64,000 bases of DNA, taken from positions 32,001 through 96,000 of the forward strand of contig JBCCYL010000006.1 in NCBI GenBank assembly GCA_039189765.1. Reading direction: 5' to 3'. Source of the stretch: Cyanobacteria bacterium P01_F01_bin.150 (GTDB taxonomy: Bacteria; Cyanobacteriota; Cyanobacteriia; CAKZMO01). The number at the start of each line of letters is the position of its first letter. Position 1 is the stretch's first letter. Shown piece after piece: positions 9,445-17,088 of this stretch. A program made the translations under genes and the position numbers. The notes below the pieces were generated by a model that was not told the origin of the DNA, did not search any database, and saw only the letters and a list, made by a program, of their open reading frames with translations.

Positions 9445-10788
9445 ATGAATCTCGATTCGCTCCTTGAGGTTGTTAATTGCAACTTGATAGAGGGCAACAG
9501 TCGTCCTCTGAGTTCTCCAGAGGTAATAATTCTGCGAGGTGTTTGGCAGTACCAAACCTATACCCAGATTGCATTAGAGGAAGGTTATAGTTCTGGTTAC
9601 TTTACTAATGTAGTGGCTCCAGAACTGTGGAAGCGCTTGTCTCAGCTAACGGGGCAACATATCACCAAAAAAAATTGCCGCAAGTTGCTAGAGGGCTATG
9701 CTGAAGCCCAGCAGAATCGACCAGTGACGCTGGTAGAAACTAGCGACAACGCACCTAGAGTGGAGCATCAGGGTAATAGTGGTGTCGTTCGATATCCGAG
9801 TGGTTCTGTTCCCCTGGATTCTCCCCATTACATGGAGCGATCGCCCGTTGAGACCCAAGCCTATGACGAAATCCAAAAACCGGGAGCACTTATCCGCATT
9901 AAAGCCCCCCAGGAGATGGGAAAAACATCATTGCTTCTACGAATTTTAGATCGAGCCAATGCGTTAGGCTATCGCACGGTGAGTCTAAATGTGCAGCAGG
10001 TGGATGAGTCGATTCTTCAAGACCTCAACCGCTTTTTGCGATGGCTTTGTGCCAATGTCACCCGTCAACTCAAGTTAACCTCAAAGCTAGATGACTATTG
10101 GGATGAAGATATTGGCGGCAAAATTAGCTGTACGCTTTATTTCCAAGACTATTTACTGGAGGACGTGAAAGAGCCGTTTGTGCTGGCGTTGGATGAGGTC
10201 AATCAGCTTTTTGAACATCCACAGGTGGCTAAAGATGTATTGCCATTGTTGCGATCGTGGTATGAAGAGGCGAAGCGATTGCCCATTTGGCGCAAGTTGC
10301 GATTGGTTGTGGTGCATTCCACCGAAATTTATGTGCCCCTGAATCTAAAGCAGTCCCCCTTTAATGTGGGGTTACCGCTACAGTTAGAGTGTTTCAATCC
10401 AGACCAAATTGAACAATTAGCTCAGCAGTATGGGTTGAATTGGCAAAACGATGAGGCTCAACAGTTAATGACCCTGGTGGGCGGACATCCGGCCCTCGTT
10501 AATATTGCCCTGTATCATCTCAGTTGTAATGAGATTACCCTAGAACAACTGTTGGAAACAGCTAATCAAACGACGGGGATTTATCATTCCCATCTCCAGC
10601 GGCATCGGGCACGATTAGAGGAGCAGCCTGAATTACGCCTCAGTTTAGATGCGATTACTGCGGCGGCGGAGCCTGTTTCGTTAGAACCCATGATTACCTA
10701 TCAGCTATACAGCATGGGGTTGATTAAACAGGTGGGCGATAAGGTGATGCCAAGCTGTGAGTTATATCGATCGTCGTTCGCGCATTAG
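9445..10788 (+). CDS. N-terminal winged-HTH + AAA-like (AAA_35) NTPase protein
   Basis: N-terminal ILRGVW..QTY.QIA...LWKRLS HTH-like block, YPSGSVPLDSP.Y.ER, Walker A-like KAPQEMGKTS, Walker B LALDEV, SPFNVG and GGHP motifs. Confidence 0.85.
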   Translation: MNLDSLLEVVNCNLIEGNSRPLSSPEVIILRGVWQYQTYTQIALEEGYSSGYFTNVVAPELWKRLSQLTGQHITKKNCRKLLEGYAEAQQNRPVTLVETSDNAPRVEHQGNSGVVRYPSGSVPLDSPHYMERSPVETQAYDEIQKPGALIRIKAPQEMGKTSLLLRILDRANALGYRTVSLNVQQVDESILQDLNRFLRWLCANVTRQLKLTSKLDDYWDEDIGGKISCTLYFQDYLLEDVKEPFVLALDEVNQLFEHPQVAKDVLPLLRSWYEEAKRLPIWRKLRLVVVHSTEIYVPLNLKQSPFNVGLPLQLECFNPDQIEQLAQQYGLNWQNDEAQQLMTLVGGHPALVNIALYHLSCNEITLEQLLETANQTTGIYHSHLQRHRARLEEQPELRLSLDAITAAAEPVSLEPMITYQLYSMGLIKQVGDKVMPSCELYRSSFAH

Positions 10789-10899
10789 GGATGTGCGGGG
10801 AAATCACATACCAATGTTGCGTAGGATGGGCAAAACGAATGTGTGCCCATCAGCCAAACGTTTTGATGGGCACGTCCTATCGTCCTTTGCCCATCCTAC
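10786..10899. repeat. REP/MITE-like nested palindromic element (partial outer arm)
   Basis: GTAGGATGGGCAAA(10821)...TTTGCCCATCCTAC(10899) with an inner hairpin. Near-identical to 30344-30422, including the upstream TAGGG..GCGGG.AAAT.ACATACCAAT arm. Confidence 0.85.
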
Positions 10900-10948
10900 T
10901 CCCGGTACTAGCCCACCTAAACGATACACAACAGCTCAAATTAGGATC

Positions 10949-13900
10949 ATGCTAAAACTTCAAGGGATTCAGATCAGGGAAACACTTTTCTCCAGTGATA
11001 AAACAGTGGTTTATCGAGGGATGAGCACAAAAGATGAGCGATCGCTCATCCTCAAGTTTCTGAACCTTCAGTACCCCTCTTTGAATAACCTGGCTCAGTA
11101 TAGACAAGAGCATAGCATTCTTAACTCTTTAAATTCTGACAGTGTCATAAAGACTTATGGCATTCAAGAGTACGAAAATAGTTTGGTGATCTTTTTAGAA
11201 GATTTTGGCGGCAGTTCCTTAAAAGAGATCGTCTCAGAAACAACATTCGGTTTAGATGATTTTCTGTCGATCGGAATTGACCTGGCGCAGGGCTTAGCGG
11301 ATATTCACAGCGCTAACATTATTCATAAAGATATTAATCCATCTAATATCGTTTACAACCCTGACACTAAGCAAGCAAAGCTCATTGACTTTGGCATTTC
11401 TACGATCTTATCCAACGAAGCCTCTGTTGCATGTCCCCCACGCAAAATACAGGGAACGTTGCCTTATATTTCTCCTGAACAGACGGGGCGAATGAATCGA
11501 GTTATTGACTATCGAACGGATTTTTATTCCCTGGGGATCAGCCTATATGAACTGTTGACCTGCCAACTGCCCTTTCAGACCAATGACGTCATGGAATTGG
11601 TGCATTGTCATATTGCCAAATCCCCTGAGCCTCCCCATCGTTTAATCGGAGAAGAGCGGTGCCCCAGAATCGTTTCAGATATTATTATGAAGCTGCTCTC
11701 GAAGACTGCTGAGGACCGTTATCAAAGTGCCTTGGGTCTGAAAGCTGACCTGGAAAGTTGCCTGGAACAGCTCCGCCAAAGCGGCCATATTTCCAGTTTT
11801 GTCCTCGCTAGTCGTGATATGGTGAGCACGTTTCAGATTCCCCAGAAGCTTTACGGGCGAGAGCCGGAGGTTCAGGCTCTTTTAGCGAGCTTTGAGAGTG
11901 CGAGTCAAGGACAATCTGAGACCGTCTTGATTGCAGGCTATTCAGGAATTGGTAAATCCGCATTAGTCAATGAAATTCATAAACCCATTCTTCAAAAGAA
12001 GGGATATTTTATTGCGGGTAAGTTTGATCAAGTGAATCGAGATACGCCGTATGATGGGTTTGTTCATGCCTTCAAAGATTTAATCCATCAGCTATTAACG
12101 GAGAGTGAAGATCAGATTGATGCCTGGAGAGATCAAATTTTAGAAGCCCTTGGCGATAATGTTCAGGTTATTTTAGGCGTGATCTCTGAGCTGGAATTAA
12201 TTCTGGGGCCGCAACAATATACTCCAGCATTAGAGGTGATTGAAGACCAAAATCGATTCAATTTATTTTTCCAAAAAATCATTCAAGTCTTTGCGACAGA
12301 TACCCATCCTCTCGTCATTTTTTTAGATGATCTACAGTGGGCAGATTCAGCGTCTTTAAGATTACTGAAATTATTGGCGACGAATCACATTGAGAGTAAG
12401 TCTTTACTGATTATTGGAGCTTATAGAGATAATGAAGTGTCGGAAAATAGTCTTGTGGGTATCACCTTAAATGATATTTTTCAGGACTCCACTACCGTCA
12501 AGACCATTACGCTGGCTCCTCTCAAAATTAATGAAGTCAATCGTCTAGTGGCCGATACCCTGAAGTCACCACCCGAAAGAATAGGGTTATTGGCTGACAT
12601 CATCTTTAGTAAAGCCAATGGGAACCCATTTTTCACTATTCAGTTGCTAAAGTCACTTTACGACGATAACAGCATCTTTTTTGGACTGTCTGATGCAGGG
12701 GAAACCCAAAACGCTTGGCAATGGAATCTTGAACAAATCCAACAAGCAAGTATTACCGATAATGTGGTCGATCTTTTATTAAAGAGGATCGCCAAACTAG
12801 ATGAGAAAGGACAACATCTTTTAAGCGTAGCGGCGTGTATTGGCAATCACTTTACCCTTGATACATTGTCATCTGTTACAGAGGCTGCTGTTACAGATGA
12901 CCCTTTGCCCTCTTTACTCGCTGGCCTTTGGCAATCTATTCAGGATGAGTTGATTATCCCGTTAGACAATGCAAAAGAACTTTCCGTACTATTGAACTCC
13001 AGTAGAGATCAACGTATAGAGTTATTGGGTGACCCAGATCCCAGGGTTCTTAAAGAACCCTGGGATCTAAATCCGGCCTATGTCAGTGCCATTGATCTGA
13101 GCTCTGTTTCATATAAATTTTTGCATGATAGAGTGCAGCAAGCGGCCTATACGCTCTCCTCTGATTCCTATCACAAAGAAATTCATTATAGAATTGGCAT
13201 CTTTTTACTGAATAAATATAGAAATAACAATCTCAACAAACATATATTTGATGTTGTAAATCACCTCAATATCGGCGTTGATCATCTTTCTGAAAGGGAA
13301 AGAGCAGAACTTGTTGAGTTGAATCTGACGGCGGCTAAAAAAGCGAAATCGACAACCGCCTACGAACTAGCCCTCGAATATTGTCAGGCCAGCTTAGCCC
13401 TCCTCAAGGTGGATTCTTGGTTAACTCAATACCCATTGACCTTAGAAATATACATCAACACGATAGAGACCCAGGTATTGACCGGAGATTACCATGATGC
13501 AGATACTCTTTTAGAGATTGTCTTAGATCATGTTAGAGATAAACTAGACGAAATTAGAATCTACGAAATTAAAATAAAGTCATTATTTTCACAATACTTC
13601 TTGGAAGAGGCTATAGACGTTTCCCTTATCGCCTTAGAAAAGTTAGGGTTTATTAAGATAAAGCCAGTAGAAAATCCATCAATTTTAGTAGGGACATTAC
13701 GTAGACGGTTGACGTTGAAGAATCAGGAAATAGAGGACTTAGAACACTTCCCCTCTATGGACAATCCCTATCAGATTGCATCTCTTAGAATTGTCTTAAC
13801 GGTTATGCCTCCCCTATATCTTATTAAGGCAGACCTGCTTCCTTCGGCCATCTGTTCAATGGCGACGCTTTGTATAAAGTATGGAAATTCTTCCCTCTCT

Positions 13901-16798
13901 CCTGTTGTTTATGCTTGGCTTGCTTTGTATCTGTGTGGAACTTTTGGGGATATTGATTCTGGAATACGGCTCTCAACCGTATCTTTAAAATTACTGAGAA
14001 AGAATCGCCATCCAAGTATTGTTACCAAAGTTTTATCTATGATCCCTGGCGCTGTTACTCATTGGAAAGAACCTATTCAGACAACCATTACCCCTTTGCG
14101 GGAAGCCTTTCTAACAGGCATTGAGGTGGGTGATATCGAATATGCTTCTCAGGCATCTATTATATATTGCCAAAGCCTTGTTTTTGCGGGTGAGCCATTG
14201 GATTTTGTTTATGGACAATATCAAGAGCACTTTGCTTTTGTGAATAAGTTCAAGCAATCTTATTTTATTTTATACATCAAGATAATTCAAGAAATAGTAA
14301 TAAGTTTGGTCGATGAGGCCCATTCTGATGACAGGATAGATTTAGATGATGCCATCGAAATGGTGAAAGGGAATGGAGGTGGAGGTACACTAACAGCAAC
14401 TTATTTGTCTTTAATAATTATAAACTACTTTTCGAAAGCATATACTTGTTCTTTGAACTCTGCTTTAGAAGGAAAAAAGTATAAGAACTATGCTATGGAG
14501 CTTAGTATGAGACCTCAAACTAATTTTTATTCTTCCCTTTCAATCTTGGCATATTGTGCCATGGAGCAAGCATCTCACAATAGGAATGACTTGCTAAAAG
14601 AAGTACTCTCCAACCAAAAAGATATGCGTCGTTGGGCAAAGCATTCTCCCGAGAACTTCCAGCACAAGCATGATTTGGTTGAAGCCGAAAAAGCAAGGGT
14701 TTTAGGAAAAATATTAAAGGCTGAAGAACTGTATGAGAAATCAATTCAAGGCGCGAAAAAGAATAAATTTATTCATGAAGAGGCGTTAGCCTATGAACGA
14801 GCGGGTGAGTTTTATCTCTCTTTAGATCGAGAAGAAATTGGCAGGCTTTACTTAAAAAAATCCCATCACTGCTATTCCCGCTGGGGCGCAACCGCGAAAG
14901 TAAAGCAAATGGAAGCCGAATACCCCCATTATTTTGTCGGTTCATCCCAAAAAGGACTCTCTCGTTATAGTCGTACAACCACCACCACTACAACGACAGA
15001 AACCGAGGGCACAGATTTAGATTTAGCGACGATTCTTAAGGCCTCTCAAACGATTTCTAGTGAAATAAGGCTAGCCAGCCTTCTAGAGAAATTGATTGCG
15101 ATTTTAATTGAAAATGCAGGGGCACAAACAGGCATTCTCATCTTAAATAGTGATGGCAATTGGTATATCGAAGCGAAAGGAAGCCTCAATGAGGATACGA
15201 CGCTTCTCCAATCGATCCCCATACACTGGATCGATCCTGAGACATCGGCACCTACTTTACCTGCAACCATCATTAATTACATTAGTCATACTCAAGAAAC
15301 GATTGTTTTAGACGATGCGGTAAATCAAGGACAATTTACGACTGATCCCTATATTGTCGCTCATCAAAGTCAGTCAATCCTGTGTACCCCGTTGCTCAAC
15401 CAAGGGCAGTTAAAAGGGATGATCTATTTGGAAAATAACGTAACCACTGGAGCCTTTACCGCAGACCGGGTCGAATTGCTCAATATCTTGGCAGCTCAAG
15501 CGGCGATCGCCATCGATAATTCCAGACTCTACCAAACCCTAGAACAACGGGTAGAAGAGCGCACCAAAGAATTATCCCAAACCTTGGATGTTTTGAAAGC
15601 AACCCAGGCCGAACTGATCTTTGAAAATGACCTGCTCAGAGACGATAGCCAACCCTCAACCTTCAATTACCAAGTCGGGGGCAGTCTGCCGATGGATTCT
15701 CCAACCTATGTCGTCCGCTCCGCCGATCGCACCCTCTACAAAACCCTTAGCCAAGGGGAATTTTGTTATGTCCTCAATGCGCGGCAGATGGGCAAATCCA
15801 GTCTGATGGTGCGGATGATGAATCATCTCCAAAGCGAAGGCGTGAATTGTGCCGCCATTGATATGACGCGGATTGGTAGCGAAAACATCACCCCTGAGCA
15901 ATGGTATAAAGGACTGGCCGTAGAACTCTGGCGGAGCTTCGGCTTACTGCGAAAAGTGAACCTGAAAAAGTGGTGGGGCGATCGCCTCGATATTTCCCCC
16001 ATTCAGCGCTTAGGCCAGTTTATAGAAGAAGTGATCCTCGTCGAGGTCAGCAAAGACGCTGAAGACGCCCCCTCTTCCCAAAAGATTGTCTTATTTATCG
16101 ATGAAATTGACAGCGTTTTGGGCTTAGATTTCCCCGTCAGCGACTTCTTCCGCCTGATTCGCTCCTGCTACAACCAACGCACGCTGATGCCGGAGTATCA
16201 GCGATTAACCTTTGCCTTCTTTGGAGTCGCTACCCCATCGGAATTGATTAGCGATCGCCGCCTTACCCCCTTCAATATTGGCCAAGCGATTCAACTCGAC
16301 GGCTTTAAAGAACATGAAGCCCAGCCCCTGCTCAACGGCCTCACCGATAAAGTCACCAATCCCCAAGTCCTCTTAAAAGAAATCCTGCACTGGACCGGAG
16401 GACAACCCTTCCTCACCCAAAAAGTCTGTGAATTCATTCGCCAATCCTCTGAACCCATCCCCATCAACCAAGAAGCCGCCTGGGTTGAAGCCCTAGTGCG
16501 AAAAAATATCATCGAAAATTGGGAAGCCCAGGATGAACCGGAGCATTTAAAGACGATACGCGATCGCATCCTTAAAAACGACCAATATACCCCCCAACTC
16601 CTGACCCTCTATCAACAAGTCCTCAACCAACCAGAGGTGATAGCAACTGATAGCGCAGAAGAGAAGGAGCTAGTGTTATCAGGCTTGGTGATCAAGGAAG
16701 ATAGTATTCTGAAGGTCCGTAACCAAATTTATCTAGAAATCTTTAATCGACCATGGATAGAGAATGCATTATTCGTCTTCGCTTTAACTCTCGATTGA
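10949..16798 (+). CDS. HstK-like Ser/Thr kinase - AAA ATPase - GAF protein with a C-terminal AAA_35 domain
   Basis: IIHKDINPSN, LIDFG and YISPEQTGRMN kinase motifs; GYSGIGKS Walker A and FLDDLQWAD; GAF (SILCTPL, IYLEN); C-terminal YQVGGSLP, NARQMGKSS, FIDEID. ATG 10949 preferred because the upstream extension is repeat DNA. Confidence 0.9.
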   Translation: MLKLQGIQIRETLFSSDKTVVYRGMSTKDERSLILKFLNLQYPSLNNLAQYRQEHSILNSLNSDSVIKTYGIQEYENSLVIFLEDFGGSSLKEIVSETTFGLDDFLSIGIDLAQGLADIHSANIIHKDINPSNIVYNPDTKQAKLIDFGISTILSNEASVACPPRKIQGTLPYISPEQTGRMNRVIDYRTDFYSLGISLYELLTCQLPFQTNDVMELVHCHIAKSPEPPHRLIGEERCPRIVSDIIMKLLSKTAEDRYQSALGLKADLESCLEQLRQSGHISSFVLASRDMVSTFQIPQKLYGREPEVQALLASFESASQGQSETVLIAGYSGIGKSALVNEIHKPILQKKGYFIAGKFDQVNRDTPYDGFVHAFKDLIHQLLTESEDQIDAWRDQILEALGDNVQVILGVISELELILGPQQYTPALEVIEDQNRFNLFFQKIIQVFATDTHPLVIFLDDLQWADSASLRLLKLLATNHIESKSLLIIGAYRDNEVSENSLVGITLNDIFQDSTTVKTITLAPLKINEVNRLVADTLKSPPERIGLLADIIFSKANGNPFFTIQLLKSLYDDNSIFFGLSDAGETQNAWQWNLEQIQQASITDNVVDLLLKRIAKLDEKGQHLLSVAACIGNHFTLDTLSSVTEAAVTDDPLPSLLAGLWQSIQDELIIPLDNAKELSVLLNSSRDQRIELLGDPDPRVLKEPWDLNPAYVSAIDLSSVSYKFLHDRVQQAAYTLSSDSYHKEIHYRIGIFLLNKYRNNNLNKHIFDVVNHLNIGVDHLSERERAELVELNLTAAKKAKSTTAYELALEYCQASLALLKVDSWLTQYPLTLEIYINTIETQVLTGDYHDADTLLEIVLDHVRDKLDEIRIYEIKIKSLFSQYFLEEAIDVSLIALEKLGFIKIKPVENPSILVGTLRRRLTLKNQEIEDLEHFPSMDNPYQIASLRIVLTVMPPLYLIKADLLPSAICSMATLCIKYGNSSLSPVVYAWLALYLCGTFGDIDSGIRLSTVSLKLLRKNRHPSIVTKVLSMIPGAVTHWKEPIQTTITPLREAFLTGIEVGDIEYASQASIIYCQSLVFAGEPLDFVYGQYQEHFAFVNKFKQSYFILYIKIIQEIVISLVDEAHSDDRIDLDDAIEMVKGNGGGGTLTATYLSLIIINYFSKAYTCSLNSALEGKKYKNYAMELSMRPQTNFYSSLSILAYCAMEQASHNRNDLLKEVLSNQKDMRRWAKHSPENFQHKHDLVEAEKARVLGKILKAEELYEKSIQGAKKNKFIHEEALAYERAGEFYLSLDREEIGRLYLKKSHHCYSRWGATAKVKQMEAEYPHYFVGSSQKGLSRYSRTTTTTTTTETEGTDLDLATILKASQTISSEIRLASLLEKLIAILIENAGAQTGILILNSDGNWYIEAKGSLNEDTTLLQSIPIHWIDPETSAPTLPATIINYISHTQETIVLDDAVNQGQFTTDPYIVAHQSQSILCTPLLNQGQLKGMIYLENNVTTGAFTADRVELLNILAAQAAIAIDNSRLYQTLEQRVEERTKELSQTLDVLKATQAELIFENDLLRDDSQPSTFNYQVGGSLPMDSPTYVVRSADRTLYKTLSQGEFCYVLNARQMGKSSLMVRMMNHLQSEGVNCAAIDMTRIGSENITPEQWYKGLAVELWRSFGLLRKVNLKKWWGDRLDISPIQRLGQFIEEVILVEVSKDAEDAPSSQKIVLFIDEIDSVLGLDFPVSDFFRLIRSCYNQRTLMPEYQRLTFAFFGVATPSELISDRRLTPFNIGQAIQLDGFKEHEAQPLLNGLTDKVTNPQVLLKEILHWTGGQPFLTQKVCEFIRQSSEPIPINQEAAWVEALVRKNIIENWEAQDEPEHLKTIRDRILKNDQYTPQLLTLYQQVLNQPEVIATDSAEEKELVLSGLVIKEDSILKVRNQIYLEIFNRPWIENALFVFALTLD
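13034..13069. repeat. 36-bp palindromic element inside the kinase CDS
   Basis: CCAGATCCCAGGGTTCTTAAAGAACCCTGGGATCTA has a perfect 15-bp stem. An identical copy lies at 33317-33352. Confidence 0.9.
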
Positions 16799-17005
16799 CC
16801 CACCCCTAACCCCTCCCGATTGACCCACCCCTAACCCCTCCCGAGAGGGGAACCGGACATGTATGGAGACTTCAGCTACGTTCCGATCCCCCCTCCTTGG
16901 AGGGGGTTAGGGGGTGGGTTAATCCTTGGAGGGGGTTAGGGGGTGGGTTAATCCTTGGAGGGGGTTAGGGGGTGGGTTAATCCTTGGAGGGGCTAGGAGT
17001 GGGTT
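16792..17005. repeat. C-rich/G-rich inverted repeat element with tandemly amplified arms
   Basis: 2 x CGATTGACCCACCCCTAACCCCTCC (16792-16841), then 3 x TCCTTGGAGGGGGTTAGGGGGTGGGTTAA (16894-16980) plus a degenerate fourth unit. Related single arm at 34026-34056. Confidence 0.9.
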
Positions 17006-17088
17006 CCGAAACAAAAGCTGTATGAATGGCTTGCTGTTAAAACGGCTCAGAATGAACATCCCAGGCAATGCCCACCCTACGTAATGCC

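Noticed and set aside
10757..10948. N-terminal extension of the kinase ORF
   Set aside because: It is a translation of the REP-like element and overlaps the previous gene. ATG 10949 fits the kinase domain start.
16894..17005. 29-bp repeats as a CRISPR array
   Set aside because: Units are directly adjacent with no spacers, and no cas genes are present.
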